Origin: Hydrurus foetidus
Lineage: Eukaryota
NCBI GenBank assembly: GCA_900617105.1
Contig: UYFQ01000001.1
Location: forward strand, 4,340,001 to 4,404,000
DNA length: 64,000 nt
Reading direction: 5' to 3'
The position numbers and the translations under genes are program-made. The notes beneath the pieces are model-generated. The model worked only from the letters and a program-made list of their open reading frames with translations, did not search any database and was not told where the DNA came from. Below are positions 52,319-62,968 of this stretch, in pieces (position 1 is the first letter of the stretch; every line of letters starts with the position of its first letter).

Positions 52319-55114
52319 CTACGTCAGCGAGTTTAGAAAAGCCTGAGCTTTGGTTTTTAACCCGCCTTGTGCCTGCGCTACCACTTCATTGGCCAACGAC
52401 CGCGCGCCGTCAGGGTCACCGAGCGCCCGGAACTCTTCAGCCAGAGCAAACTTGGTCTCTAGCGGGCCTTCAGGCACGTAGGCGGACATCGGCTTGGCCG
52501 CGATGGGGCCAACAGTAGAGGACGAATCCAGATCGATCGACAGCGAGTTCATGTCGAATTCGAGCATGCCGCCGCCGAGCACTGCGTCGGAGGCCGCTGC
52601 TGATGGTTTGATGGCCACCAGCGGCTGGGTTTTTGAATAATTCGAATCAGGCCCCTCCGCTGCATTCGCCTTGATCGCCATCGGCTGCGTAGAAACTTTG
52701 ATGTCGTCAAAGTCCATGCTGCCGCTGTCAAACGCTGGCACCGGGTCCAGATTTAAAGAAACATTTGGTTCTATACGCATTGCGGTCGCCACTGGGGCTG
52801 GCGCTGCGGCAGTTGCACGCGACCGCGGAGCACTTACAGGCGCAACTACAGGCGAATCACCTGCTGAAAAGTCTAGGTCCAGATCGAAGTCAACATCGTC
52901 AACGCCGACTGACATGTTGGCCGCAGCCCCATTGGTGGCGCGTAATACTGGCATGGCGTCGCGATCGAACTCCGCGCCTGCTGCACCGATAACTACTCCT
53001 GCGGCAAGGGGGTGGCCACCTGGCTTGTACAGACCGTTGGCTGGGTCTAAATCACGACCCAGCTCTGAGATGTAGGCCCACTCTGGGCCTACGCCATTGG
53101 TCAGAGAAAATGCATCGGTAGCAAGCGATTCAAAGCCTTTGATATCACGCCGCTTGGCGTAAATTTCGCTCAGCTTGCTGTGAATGGCAACGCGTGTCGG
53201 CGTGGTGCGTAACGCCTCTTTAAGAATTTCTTCAGCTTGTAAATCACGACCATAAGCCAGGTAGACGTCGGCCTCGGCCACCGGGTCAACGTCGCCTGCG
53301 GCATCTAATTGGCTAGGCGAATAAACCAGCGATGAGCCCGAAGCCGAAGACTCCCTGGTGTCAACACGTTGGCCGCCACTGGCACCAAAAAACGAATCAG
53401 GTTGCAGTTTGCTCTCTAAAAACGAGCTGTCAACGGCGGCGAGCGAGTCTTTTTTTTTGTAGCGGTAGTAGCCAAAACCGCCGAGCAGTGCCAAAAGCCC
53501 GCCAAGCGCGGGCAGTGCAAACGGGCTGTCAGTAAGTGACTCGACCAAAGTTGGCTCTGGCGGCGGCGGTGCCACGACCTTCTTGGCAGGTACGGGTTTT
53601 GGCGCGGTTGCACTTGCCGGGGCAACAGGCACCGATGCGACAACAATGGGTACGGTCGCACTCGCACTTGCAATGGCTGTAGTGGTGGGGCTTGCCACAA
53701 CCGTGCTTGTTGCCGCTGCTGGTGCCGATGGTGGCGCTGGCGGCGCTGATGCGGTTACCACGGGAAGCGCAGGTGTCGGCACAGGCGTTGGCGAGGGTGT
53801 TACCGTGGCTGCTGGTGCAGGTGCTGCGACGGCTGGTACCGGTGTAGTGGGTTTAATGGCGCTGGCAGCAGGGGTGGCCGTAACCGCAGGCGGTGTTGGC
53901 GCAACCAACACAGGCGCAGCGGCTGGCACAGGTACTGACACACCGGGCGCTTTGGCACCGCTAGCTGGGGAGGCAGGGGCCGCGGGTACCGCAGGGGTGG
54001 CTGTGGTGCCTCTGGCACGTAGCTTGTCGAGGTCGCCAATATTTTTTGAGAGTTCTGCCACACGGGTTGACTCAGCCGCTGCCTGACGATCTTTGGCTAT
54101 TTTTTCTTCAGCAGCAGATTTGCCTTGCACGGCACCTTTTGACAGCGTGAGCTTGTCCGGAGTTTTCGCGGACGAGCCGTTGTCGTCAACTTTGGCTTGC
54201 AGTTTGCCGTCGGCTTGGCGGTCGGCCCCTGCTACTTGGGCAGTGAGCGCACCTTCAGCCAGTTTGCGTCTGAAGTTGTTGAAGTCTTTGGACTGTGCAG
54301 AAATAGTTCGGGTGGCGTCGCCCGCTGATGTCGCGCCGGCAGACTCTTCTGTTGGCAAGTCCAGCACAGCGCCAGATTTGAGGCGGTTGATGTTGCCGCC
54401 AATAAAAGCGCTCGGGTTGTTTTGAAGCATCGCTACCAACATTTGGTCGAGCGAAATGGCTGCTGGCTTGTTTTGACCAGCAATTTTGCCGGCAGTGTCG
54501 CCCGCTTTGACTGTGACCTGTTGGTCGTTGCCTGGCTTCTTTTGCTGCGCATCGGCTTTGGGCCTCGGTACTCGGGCCATGGGCAAGGGCTTGACCTCAC
54601 GTGGCGAAGCGGTTTGGCTTGAAGCCGTGGGCTTTGCTGCTTGCTGAGCGGCCGATGAATTAACGCCGGGCGCAGTGGTGGGGCCGATAGCCCTGCGCAG
54701 GTTGGGCGGGTCAAAAAGCAGCGTGTAGTCACGTACAACGCGCCCTGATGCCCAACTGGCTTCCAGCACTAAATCAACAAAGGGTTCAGTCACCGGTCGG
54801 GGAGTAGTCAAGCGCAGAAACGAGCGGCCGTCGGGGCGTTTTTGCAGAGTTACCTGCATGCCCACCACGGTTGCTGAGTACTCAAGCCCAGCCGCTTTGA
54901 ACGCTGCCGCAGACCCAATACTCAGGCGCAGACTACTGGCTTCTTCGGCATTGATCTCCGCAATATCGACTTCCGCCCGCAAGGTCTCGCCCAACGCAGA
55001 CTGCACAGTCACCCTGCCCAAGGCAAGCGCATGCGCTTCAATACTGGACAGGCTACCCAGCAAGGCGACGGCGCTCGCCAATGCGCCAAACCGCCAACTA
55101 ATGCGTTGAGTCAT
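52319..55114 (-). CDS. fimV: FimV/HubP polar landmark protein
   Basis: LGRVTVQSALGE, LysM-like segment, DPVAEADVYLAYGR; sits between asd and truA; start uncertain. Confidence 0.9.
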   Translation of the reverse strand: MTQRISWRFGALASAVALLGSLSSIEAHALALGRVTVQSALGETLRAEVDIAEINAEEASSLRLSIGSAAAFKAAGLEYSATVVGMQVTLQKRPDGRSFLRLTTPRPVTEPFVDLVLEASWASGRVVRDYTLLFDPPNLRRAIGPTTAPGVNSSAAQQAAKPTASSQTASPREVKPLPMARVPRPKADAQQKKPGNDQQVTVKAGDTAGKIAGQNKPAAISLDQMLVAMLQNNPSAFIGGNINRLKSGAVLDLPTEESAGATSAGDATRTISAQSKDFNNFRRKLAEGALTAQVAGADRQADGKLQAKVDDNGSSAKTPDKLTLSKGAVQGKSAAEEKIAKDRQAAAESTRVAELSKNIGDLDKLRARGTTATPAVPAAPASPASGAKAPGVSVPVPAAAPVLVAPTPPAVTATPAASAIKPTTPVPAVAAPAPAATVTPSPTPVPTPALPVVTASAPPAPPSAPAAATSTVVASPTTTAIASASATVPIVVASVPVAPASATAPKPVPAKKVVAPPPPEPTLVESLTDSPFALPALGGLLALLGGFGYYRYKKKDSLAAVDSSFLESKLQPDSFFGASGGQRVDTRESSASGSSLVYSPSQLDAAGDVDPVAEADVYLAYGRDLQAEEILKEALRTTPTRVAIHSKLSEIYAKRRDIKGFESLATDAFSLTNGVGPEWAYISELGRDLDPANGLYKPGGHPLAAGVVIGAAGAEFDRDAMPVLRATNGAAANMSVGVDDVDFDLDLDFSAGDSPVVAPVSAPRSRATAAAPAPVATAMRIEPNVSLNLDPVPAFDSGSMDFDDIKVSTQPMAIKANAAEGPDSNYSKTQPLVAIKPSAAASDAVLGGGMLEFDMNSLSIDLDSSSTVGPIAAKPMSAYVPEGPLETKFALAEEFRALGDPDGARSLANEVVAQAQGGLKTKAQAFLNSLT

Positions 55115-55397
55115 GGTGTTTGGAGCCTCCTGAGCTCGATCCGTGTGTAACTTTATTTTGCTTGAACGCACAAAAAACCTCGATGCAAATTTCTGAAAAT
55201 CAACCTTAACATCAAGGTGTTACGCTGACAAGCTCAGACATCACCTAAGTGTTTGCAGGCCCCAATTAGGGGTATCTATCCAGTTTTAAATGTTGTCTGT
55301 TGGCAACAGGGTGACGCGCTTTCTTGCACATTGTGACACCAGATGGTTGCGCATTAATCCACATTCCGCAGATTTTCCGGCGGCAATTTAGCCAGCT

Positions 55398-56537
55398 TTA
55401 AGCTTCCAGCAAAATCCGCAGCATGCGACGCAATGGCTCGGCTGCGCCCCACAACAATTGGTCACCCACCGTAAAAGCGCCCAAATAATCCGGCCCCATC
55501 GCCAGCTTGCGCAGGCGGCCGACCGGAATGGTCATCGTGCCCGTAACAGCTACTGGGGTAAGTTGTTGAATGGTCGCGTCGCGGCTGTTTGGCACCACTT
55601 TGACCCAAGCGTTATCGGTGGCAATCATGGCTTCGATGTCAGCCAGCGGCACGTCTTTTTTTAATTTGAGGGTCAACGCCTGGCTGTGGCAGCGCATGGC
55701 GCCCACGCGTACGCAAAAGCCGTCAACTGGCACAGCAGGCAGGCTAAAACCTGCGCCCTGGCCCAAAATTTTGTTGGTTTCTGCGCCAGCTTTCCATTCT
55801 TCCTTGCTCGACCCATCGCCCAAGTCTTTGTCGATCCACGGAATCAGCGAGCCGCCCAGTGGTACGCCAAAGCTGGTTGTCTCGCCAGCCGACAAGCCGT
55901 GTTGCTTTGCAAGAACGCGGCGGTCGATTTCCAAAATCGCAGATTTTGGGTCGTCGAGCAGCGCTTTGACTTCGCCATTGAGCGTGCCAAACTGCGTGAG
56001 CAGTTCGCGCATGTGCTGCGCACCGCCGCCAGATGCCGCCTGGTAGGTCATTGACGTCATCCATTCGACCAAACCGGCCTTGTACAGAGCCCCCACGCCC
56101 ATCAGCATGCAGCTGACCGTGCAGTTGCCGCCGATCCAGTTGTTGCCACCTTTGGCTAGGGCGTTTTGAATCACGGGCAAATTGACCGGGTCCAAAACGA
56201 TGACAGCGTCCGAGTTCATACGCAGCGTCGATGCCGCGTCAATCCAGTGGCCTTGCCAGCCCGCAGCGCGCAGCTTGGGGTAGACCTCTGCCGTGTAGTC
56301 ACCACCTTGCGCGGTGATGATGATGTCGCATTTTTTCAACGCGGCAATGTCCATCGCGTCTTGCAACGTCGTTTCGTTTTTGGCTTGCGCCGGGGCTTTG
56401 CCTCCAGCGTTGGAGGTGGAAAAGAAAATCGGCTCGATCAGCGCGAAGTCGTTTTCCGCAACCATGCGGTCGATGAGTACCGAGCCGACCATGCCGCGCC
56501 AGCCGACGAGGCCGACGGTGTTTTGAGAGTTTTTCAT
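55398..56537 (-). CDS. asd: Aspartate-semialdehyde dehydrogenase
   Basis: [14 protein letters not shown] and [10 protein letters not shown] motifs. Confidence 0.97.
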   Translation of the reverse strand: MKNSQNTVGLVGWRGMVGSVLIDRMVAENDFALIEPIFFSTSNAGGKAPAQAKNETTLQDAMDIAALKKCDIIITAQGGDYTAEVYPKLRAAGWQGHWIDAASTLRMNSDAVIVLDPVNLPVIQNALAKGGNNWIGGNCTVSCMLMGVGALYKAGLVEWMTSMTYQAASGGGAQHMRELLTQFGTLNGEVKALLDDPKSAILEIDRRVLAKQHGLSAGETTSFGVPLGGSLIPWIDKDLGDGSSKEEWKAGAETNKILGQGAGFSLPAVPVDGFCVRVGAMRCHSQALTLKLKKDVPLADIEAMIATDNAWVKVVPNSRDATIQQLTPVAVTGTMTIPVGRLRKLAMGPDYLGAFTVGDQLLWGAAEPLRRMLRILLEA

Positions 56538-56564
56538 TTGTGTTGCCCTTTTCAAGAAATTGAG

Positions 56565-56713
56565 AATGGGCAGGTCTAGAAATTCAGGTTTTCGGGATGA
56601 AGTGCAAGGCGCACGGAGCTGAGCAACCGGAATGTGCTTGCAGCATATGAGGATTGCGAGCACCGCACAACGCAGCAATTCCCCCGAAAAATGAATTTAT
56701 AGATGTGCCCATT
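56565..56713. repeat. ~150-bp palindromic MITE-like element
   Basis: ~31-bp imperfect terminal inverted repeats (AATGGGCA..TCTA.AAATTCA..TTTTCGGG). Confidence 0.8.
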
Positions 56714-56758
56714 TTTGACCCGGCTCATCGGGCCGATGGGCACGACGAGGCGGGCTTG

Positions 56759-56806
56759 CTAGCCTTTGGTGCCTGTCGTTTTAATAGATGTCTGATTGAC
56801 GTTCAT
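56759..56806 (-). CDS. Putative asd leader peptide MNVNQTSIKTTGTKG
   Basis: 15-codon ORF rich in aspartate-family residues, followed by GC hairpins. Confidence 0.65.
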   Translation of the reverse strand: MNVNQTSIKTTGTKG

Positions 56807-56819
56807 CGCTTTATTGTAA

Positions 56820-57890
56820 TCAAGCCAAAGCCTTAACTACTGCAGTGCCCATTTCAGCCGTGCCAACTTTCGTCATGCCGTCACTGTAAATATCTGGTGT
56901 GCGCAGTCCTTGGGTCAACACTGCATCGACTGCTTTTTCAATTCGCGCAGCAGCTTCAGGCTGGTTCAGGCTGAAGCGCAGCATCATTGCGGCGCTCAAA
57001 ATTGTGGCCAGCGGATTCGCCACGCCTTTGCCTGCAATGTCAGGTGCGCTGCCGTGGCTGGGCTCGTACAGGCCTTGGTTGTTGGCGTTCAGGCTGGCAG
57101 AAGGCAACATGCCGATGCTGCCGGTCAACATCGCGGCGGCGTCAGACAGGATGTCGCCAAACATATTGCCGGTAACGACCACATCGAATTTTTTCGGCGC
57201 TTTTACCAATTGCATGGCTGCGTTGTCGACGTACATGTGGTCGAGCGCTACGTCGGGGTACTGGAGGCCAATCTCGGTGACCACGTCTTTCCAGAGCTGA
57301 AAGGTTTCCAGCACATTGGCTTTGTCAACACTCGTCACACGCTTGCCTCGTTTCCGGGCTGCTTGAAAGGCAACGTGGGCGATACGTTCAATCTCAGGCC
57401 GCGAATAGCGCATGGTGTCAAAAGCCTCCTCGCTGCCCGGAAAGTGCCCATCAACTGCAACACGCCTGCCGCGCGGCTGGCCAAAGTAAATGTCACCCGT
57501 CAGCTCGCGAATAATCAAAATATCCAGCCCACTGACCAGCTCACGCTTCAGGCTTGATGCATCAACGAGTTGCGGGTAGCAAATGGCTGGTCGAAAGTTA
57601 GCAAACAGGCCCAGGTTTTTACGCAGGCCCAAAATGGCTTGCTCCGGGCGTAGCGGGCGGTCAAGCGTGTCGTACTTCCAGTCGCCGACTGCGCCGAACA
57701 AAACGGCATCAGCTTCTTTAGCCAGCTTTAAAGTGGCATCAGGCAGCGGATGGCCAAACGCCTCGTAAGCCGCGCCGCCAACCAATGCGCTTTCAGTCTC
57801 AAACTTCATGTCTAAAACCTTCAAAACCTTGACGGCTTCATCGACGATTTCAGTTCCGATGCCGTCACCGGGGAGGATTGCGATTTTCAT
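56820..57890 (-). CDS. leuB: 3-isopropylmalate dehydrogenase
   Basis: [14 protein letters not shown] and HGSAPDIAG motifs. Confidence 0.97.
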   Translation of the reverse strand: MKIAILPGDGIGTEIVDEAVKVLKVLDMKFETESALVGGAAYEAFGHPLPDATLKLAKEADAVLFGAVGDWKYDTLDRPLRPEQAILGLRKNLGLFANFRPAICYPQLVDASSLKRELVSGLDILIIRELTGDIYFGQPRGRRVAVDGHFPGSEEAFDTMRYSRPEIERIAHVAFQAARKRGKRVTSVDKANVLETFQLWKDVVTEIGLQYPDVALDHMYVDNAAMQLVKAPKKFDVVVTGNMFGDILSDAAAMLTGSIGMLPSASLNANNQGLYEPSHGSAPDIAGKGVANPLATILSAAMMLRFSLNQPEAAARIEKAVDAVLTQGLRTPDIYSDGMTKVGTAEMGTAVVKALA

Positions 57891-57904
57891 ATGGTCAGTA
57901 ACTC

Positions 57905-57950
57905 ACTATTATATTTATAGCTGCTTGCGCCCGTAATTATTTGGCTACAG
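57905..57950 (+). repeat. REP-like family copy
   Basis: ACTATTATATTTATAGCTGCTTGCGCCCGTAATTATTTGGCTACAG. Confidence 0.9.
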
Positions 57951-57988
57951 CATCATTTAACGGGTAAAAAGGGCTAAAAACGTCCAAT

Positions 57989-58639
57989 TTAAGCCGGAAT
58001 GGTATGGTTTAACCAAGGCTTGGTCGCCAAGCGCTCAGCTTCAAACGCCTTGATCTTGTCGCTGTGCCGAAGCGTCAGCCCAATGTCGTCCAGACCATTG
58101 GTCAGGCAGTATTTGCGAAACGCTTCAACAGTGAAGGCAATCTCTTCACCTTGCGGCTTGACGATGACTTGGCGCTCCAAATCAATCGTTAATTGGTAGC
58201 CGGGGAAGGCCAGCGCTTCTGCAAACAATTGCGCCACCTGCGCTTCCGGCAACACGATGGGCAGCAGGCCGTTTTTAAAACTGTTGTTGAAAAAGATGTC
58301 GGCATAACTGGGTGCGATGATGGCGCGAAAGCCGTACTGGTCAAGCGCCCACGGCGCATGTTCACGCGACGAGCCGCAGCCAAAGTTCTTACGCGCCAAC
58401 AGTACCGATGCGCCGTTGTAGCGCTGCTGGTTTAGCACAAAGTCAGGGTTGGGTTTGCGTTTAGTCAAGTCCATGCCCGGCTCGCCCTGGTCAAGATAGC
58501 GCCACGCATCAAACAGATGCGGTCCGAATCCGGTTTTGCGAATCGACTTTAAAAACTGCTTGGGAATGATCGCGTCGGTGTCGACGTTTTCACGGTCCAT
58601 GGGTGCGACCAGGCCGGTGTGTAAGGTAAATTTTTGCAT
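57989..58639 (-). CDS. leuD: Isopropylmalate isomerase small subunit
   Basis: [13 protein letters not shown] and [11 protein letters not shown] motifs. Confidence 0.97.
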   Translation of the reverse strand: MQKFTLHTGLVAPMDRENVDTDAIIPKQFLKSIRKTGFGPHLFDAWRYLDQGEPGMDLTKRKPNPDFVLNQQRYNGASVLLARKNFGCGSSREHAPWALDQYGFRAIIAPSYADIFFNNSFKNGLLPIVLPEAQVAQLFAEALAFPGYQLTIDLERQVIVKPQGEEIAFTVEAFRKYCLTNGLDDIGLTLRHSDKIKAFEAERLATKPWLNHTIPA

Positions 58640-58650
58640 GGCTTTTCGAC

Positions 58651-58782
58651 TTATTTCTTCGCGGCGTTTTCAAGCACAGAGCCCGCTTTTTGAACGTCTT
58701 GGCCCACGCCTTTGACCGTATTGCAGCCTGCAAGCAGCAGCGCAAAGCCAAGGACAAAAGATGCAAGGATGGTGGACTTCAT
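58651..58782 (-). CDS. Entericidin A/B family lipoprotein (not in ORF track)
   Basis: Manual translation [43 protein letters not shown]. Confidence 0.9.
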   Translation of the reverse strand: MKSTILASFVLGFALLLAGCNTVKGVGQDVQKAGSVLENAAKK

Positions 58783-58818
58783 GAAGATTCCCCTTAAAAA
58801 TATTAAAACAACCAGACT

Positions 58819-59031
58819 TCAGGCAAACATCAATCTGCCGCGTGCCTCAGGAATAACGCGCCCTAGCGATACGGCTGTTTCCAGCCACTGGCCAATGATG
58901 ATTTGCGCATTGCTCAATGCATCCTGATAGCTCGCGCCGTCAGCCATGCAGCCCGGTAGCTCAGGCACTTCAGCAATGTAGGCTGAATCCGCGTCGCTCC
59001 AGAAAATGATGATTTCGTATTTGCTATTCAT
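58819..59031 (-). CDS. hicB: HicB-family antitoxin
   Basis: YIAEVPELPGCMADG motif. Confidence 0.9.
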   Translation of the reverse strand: MNSKYEIIIFWSDADSAYIAEVPELPGCMADGASYQDALSNAQIIIGQWLETAVSLGRVIPEARGRLMFA

Positions 59032-59042
59032 CGCCGAGCTCC

Positions 59043-59300
59043 TTAATTTTCTAATTCAGCCAGTTTGTACTTCACAACCAATTCCCTGACTTGTTTGACC
59101 TGATAAGGCTTTGCCATGCCGCTGACAGGCTGCAAGTTGATGATGTCAACAACATCGGCTCTTGTGCAAATGTGGTGCGAACCCTTGATGCGCACATTAA
59201 ACTCAAAATATTCGAGTAATTTGAGCAAGTCTGCAAAGCGAATGTTCTGGTCACCTCGACCAGAAAGTAAGCTGAGCAGTAGCTTTTGGAGTTGACTCAT
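59043..59300 (-). CDS. hicA: HicA-family toxin
   Basis: RIKGSHH and AKPYQVKQV motifs. Confidence 0.88.
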   Translation of the reverse strand: MSQLQKLLLSLLSGRGDQNIRFADLLKLLEYFEFNVRIKGSHHICTRADVVDIINLQPVSGMAKPYQVKQVRELVVKYKLAELEN

Positions 59301-59315
59301 GCGATGCAGCTCAAG

Positions 59316-60746
59316 TTAAACGAACCGACGCACGTCAACAAAATGCCCGTGCACAGCCGCAGCAGCCGCCATCGCAGGTGACACCAAATGCGTTCGCCCA
59401 CCCGCGCCCTGGCGGCCTTCAAAGTTGCGATTGCTTGTCGAAGCGCAGCGCTCGCCAGGCTCCAGCTTGTCGGCGTTCATGGCCAGGCACATGCTGCAGC
59501 CGGGTTCGCGCCACTCAAAGCCTGCGGCTTTAAAAATCACGTCCAGGCCTTCGCGCTCGGCTTGTTCTTTGACCAAACCTGAGCCGGGCACAACCAGTGC
59601 CAGTTTGATATTTTTAGCCACCTTTTGGCCGATTTTTTTGATCACAGCTGCAGCCTCGCGCATGTCTTCGATGCGGCTGTTGGTGCAGCTGCCGATGAAA
59701 ACTTTGTCGATGTACAAGTCGTTCAATGCTTTGCCGGGCTCCAGGCCCATGTACTTCAGAGCGCGCTCGATGGCATCGCGCTTGTTGGCGTCTTTTTCTT
59801 TGTCAGGGTCGGGCACGATGTCATTGATCGACAGCACCATCTCTGGGGATGTGCCCCAGGTGACTTGCGGCAACAGTTCGCTGGCGTCCAGCTCCACGGT
59901 TTTGTCAAATACCGCGCCAGCGTCCGACTGCAGCGTTGACCAGTATTTGACGGCCATGTCCCACTCAACCCCAGTGGGTGCCAGCAAACGGCCTTTGCAG
60001 TAGTCAATGGTTTTCTGGTCGACTGCCACCAGCCCAGCCCGCGCACCGGCTTCAATGGCCATGTTGCAAACCGTCATGCGGCCTTCCATGCTGAGTGCCC
60101 TGATGGCCGCGCCCGCAAACTCAATGGTGTAGCCCGTGCCGCCAGCCGTGCCAATTTTGCCGATGATGGCCAGTACGATGTCCTTGCCGGTGCAGCCTGC
60201 GGGCAACGTGCCCTCAACTTTGATGAGCAGGTTTTTGGCCTTCTTGGCCAGCAGTGTGTTGGTGGCCAGCACGTGCTCGACCTCACTGGTGCCGATGCCG
60301 TGCGCCAGCGCGCCAAACGCGCCGTGGGTAGACGTGTGCGAGTCGCCGCAAACAACAGTCATGCCCGGCAAAGTCGCGCCGTTTTCAGGCCCCATTACGT
60401 GCACGATACCCTGGCGCTTAGACATGAACGGGAAAAACGCCGCTGCGCCAAATTCTTTGATGTTCGCATCCAGTGTGGTGATTTGCTCTTTGCTGACCAG
60501 GTCAGTGATGCCGTCGTAACCCAGCTCCCGGCCGGTGGTGGGCGTGTTGTGGTCAGCCGTGGCCACGATGGAGCTGATGCGCCAGACTTTGCGTTTGGCT
60601 TCGCGAAGGCCTTCAAAGGCTTGCGGGCTGGTGACTTCATGCACCAGGTGGCGGTCAATGTACAAGATGGACGTGCCGTCTTCTTCGGTGTGAATGACGT
60701 GTTCATCCCAGATTTTGTCGTAGAGTGTCTTCGTTGTATTGGCCAT
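59316..60746 (-). CDS. leuC: Isopropylmalate isomerase large subunit
   Basis: [19 protein letters not shown] and GCSMC motifs. Confidence 0.97.
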   Translation of the reverse strand: MANTTKTLYDKIWDEHVIHTEEDGTSILYIDRHLVHEVTSPQAFEGLREAKRKVWRISSIVATADHNTPTTGRELGYDGITDLVSKEQITTLDANIKEFGAAAFFPFMSKRQGIVHVMGPENGATLPGMTVVCGDSHTSTHGAFGALAHGIGTSEVEHVLATNTLLAKKAKNLLIKVEGTLPAGCTGKDIVLAIIGKIGTAGGTGYTIEFAGAAIRALSMEGRMTVCNMAIEAGARAGLVAVDQKTIDYCKGRLLAPTGVEWDMAVKYWSTLQSDAGAVFDKTVELDASELLPQVTWGTSPEMVLSINDIVPDPDKEKDANKRDAIERALKYMGLEPGKALNDLYIDKVFIGSCTNSRIEDMREAAAVIKKIGQKVAKNIKLALVVPGSGLVKEQAEREGLDVIFKAAGFEWREPGCSMCLAMNADKLEPGERCASTSNRNFEGRQGAGGRTHLVSPAMAAAAAVHGHFVDVRRFV

Positions 60747-60771
60747 GTTTTTCTTTCGGGAATAGCTGATT

Positions 60772-61731
60772 TTAAGTGTCTTGCGTGGCTTGGTGCTCGG
60801 CAGTCAGGTGCTCCACCAGCAGCCGAGCCGTGACCGGCAGCGTTGAAAAGTCCCGCGCCACCAAATTGATGGGCCGCGTGGCCCAGTCGTCCAGCAATTC
60901 AATCGATTCCAGCTCTCCCACGCCGTGCATCAGCTCAAAGGCGCGTTGCGGCATCACGCCCACACCCAAGCCGTTTTCAATCATGCGGCACATTGCGTCT
61001 AGCCCCGTGACGTGAATGCGCAGCTTGATGGTGCGACCGACCGCTGCAGCGGCCTGCTGCATGGCGATGTAAATTGAGCTGTTGGTGTGCAGGCCGACCA
61101 GGTCGTAATCTAATGACGCTTCAAAATATATAGTTGCTTGCGCACGTAGAACGTGGCCTTTGGGCACAATCAATACCAGTTTGTCGGTACGGTAGGGCAG
61201 GGTTTGCAAGTCTCCCACACCGCTCGCGGTGTTACGTATACCGTCTGTAATATTGCAAATCCCCAAATCAGCCGCACCCTCGGTCACCGCCCTCACCACC
61301 TCGGTGCTCAGGTGCTCTTCCAGGTCAATTTTCACCTCCGGGTGGGTGCGAATGAACGCGCCCAGGTCTTCAGGCAAAAACTGCACGATGGCGGAAATGC
61401 TGGCGTGCACGCGCACATGGCCATGCACGCCATCGGCGTATTCGCTCAGTTCGCCCTGCATTTTTTCAAGGCTGAACAGCACCGACCTGGCATGGTGCAG
61501 CAGGCTTTCGCCCGCAGGCGTCAAGCTCACACCGCGTGTGTGGCGGTAGAGCAGGGCGGTGCCCAAAGTCGCTTCAAGGTCACTGAGCCGCTTACTGACG
61601 GCCGACGCCGCTATAAATTCCCGCTCCGCCGCCTTGCCGATGCTGCCCAGCTCGCACACAGCCACAAAGAGCTGAAGCGAGGTCAGGTCGATGCGGCGGG
61701 CAAAGTTGCGTTCTGATGTTTTGGGAGTCAT
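60772..61731 (-). CDS. LysR-family regulator
   Basis: N-terminal HTH ([16 protein letters not shown]), LTPAGE. Confidence 0.93.
   Translation of the reverse strand: MTPKTSERNFARRIDLTSLQLFVAVCELGSIGKAAEREFIAASAVSKRLSDLEATLGTALLYRHTRGVSLTPAGESLLHHARSVLFSLEKMQGELSEYADGVHGHVRVHASISAIVQFLPEDLGAFIRTHPEVKIDLEEHLSTEVVRAVTEGAADLGICNITDGIRNTASGVGDLQTLPYRTDKLVLIVPKGHVLRAQATIYFEASLDYDLVGLHTNSSIYIAMQQAAAAVGRTIKLRIHVTGLDAMCRMIENGLGVGVMPQRAFELMHGVGELESIELLDDWATRPINLVARDFSTLPVTARLLVEHLTAEHQATQDT
61117..61165 (+). repeat. REP-like copy embedded in the LysR gene
   Basis: CGCTTCAAAATATATAGTTGCTTGCGCACGTAGAACGTGGCCT. Confidence 0.7.
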
Positions 61732-61896
61732 GGGTTAAATCCATCGTGAAAGACGATGCTGCGTTATTTTGCAACGGGCAACTATTTTTCGTCGTCGCGA
61801 TTAGAGATGCCAGACTTGCCGAAAACGGTTGATTCTGAAAAAAACGCCTCGGCCGGTCAGTTTTTATCAAAAAGGGCTATTTTTAGTTGTATTTTC

Positions 61897-61946
61897 GGCC
61901 TTTAGCCCAATAAATACAGGCGCGATCAGCTCATTAATTCATAGCG
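61897..61946 (-). repeat. REP-like family copy
   Basis: GGCCTTTAGCCCAATAAATACAGGCGCGATCAGCTCATTAATTCATAGCG. Confidence 0.9.
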
Positions 61947-61999
61947 TTACGCCATGCGCCAAGGCAGCATGTGTATCAGCTAACAATGCATCCAGAGTT

Positions 62000-62767
62000 T
62001 TAGCATTTAAGAAATTCAGCGACTGCCGTTAACGCCAACTTCGGCTGGTCCCGGTGCGGCGAATGCCCGCAATCAGCAAGCCTAACTTGCTGGGCATGCG
62101 GCGCTGCCAAAGCGATTTCGTCCAGTTGAGCCATCGTGCCGTAAGCGTCATCAATGCCCTGAATCAGCAGCAGCGGCGCGGTGATCTGGCGGCACTCATC
62201 ACGAATGTCAAAACTGCGAAAACCAGTTGACAGCCACACATCATTCCACTGGTAAAAAGCGCCGTCTACGTCCGCATGGTGTTTGGCAAGGCTGCTTTTA
62301 AGCGCACCCGATTCATAGGCCACTTTGGCTTGTGCAATTGCGCTTAGTGCGATGGCCTCAACCATCACATGCGGCGCCATGGCAATGCAGGCAGCAGTCG
62401 GGTGCTTGCTGGCATACAGCAGGGCAATGGTGGCGCCGTCTGAATGGCCCAACAACACCGGGTTGGCCATGTTTAGCTCCGCCAGCAGTGCGGGCAACAC
62501 GTCATAGGCCTCGTGGTGCATGTAGTCGGGTTGCAGTGTTCCCCGACCAGGCGGTGCGGGCTGCGATTGCCCGTAACCAAGCCGCGAATAAACGATGCCA
62601 GCGCGCTGCGTGGCGGCGCACACGGCCAGCGGCCAGTCCAGCCCGCGCTGCGTCCACGCGCTAACGCTGCCCAGGCCTTCATGCAAGAAAACAATCGGCG
62701 AAAGGGCAGCGTTGCCCGTAATCCAACGAACCTCCAGCTGCTGACCGTTGACGTTGAGTAACTGCAT
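62000..62767 (-). CDS. Alpha/beta hydrolase
   Basis: LHEGLG, GHSDG and GHSPH motifs. Confidence 0.9.
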   Translation of the reverse strand: MQLLNVNGQQLEVRWITGNAALSPIVFLHEGLGSVSAWTQRGLDWPLAVCAATQRAGIVYSRLGYGQSQPAPPGRGTLQPDYMHHEAYDVLPALLAELNMANPVLLGHSDGATIALLYASKHPTAACIAMAPHVMVEAIALSAIAQAKVAYESGALKSSLAKHHADVDGAFYQWNDVWLSTGFRSFDIRDECRQITAPLLLIQGIDDAYGTMAQLDEIALAAPHAQQVRLADCGHSPHRDQPKLALTAVAEFLKC

Positions 62768-62968
62768 AGTTGGTATCGTTTAGCCAAAGTTGGAAAATTG
62801 GGGCGTCCTCCGGTGCAATTGTGGAACAAGGTGCGCTTGCGCCACCACAACTGGAGTTCCGCTAATGTCACCCACTCCAGCAGCAAGTTTTGGAATTTCA
62901 GTCTCGAACCCGGAACAGGTTTTTAAACGTTTCAAACTTCTTAAACCCGCTATGAAAGACCCCAAGCC

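Noticed and set aside
53560..54010. Low-complexity Ala/Pro/Thr stretch
   Set aside because: Normal FimV linker, with no exact DNA tandem repeat.
56538..56678. Extended asd N-terminus from the ORF track
   Set aside because: It is read-through of the palindromic element; the ATG at 56537 has an RBS and gives a normal length.
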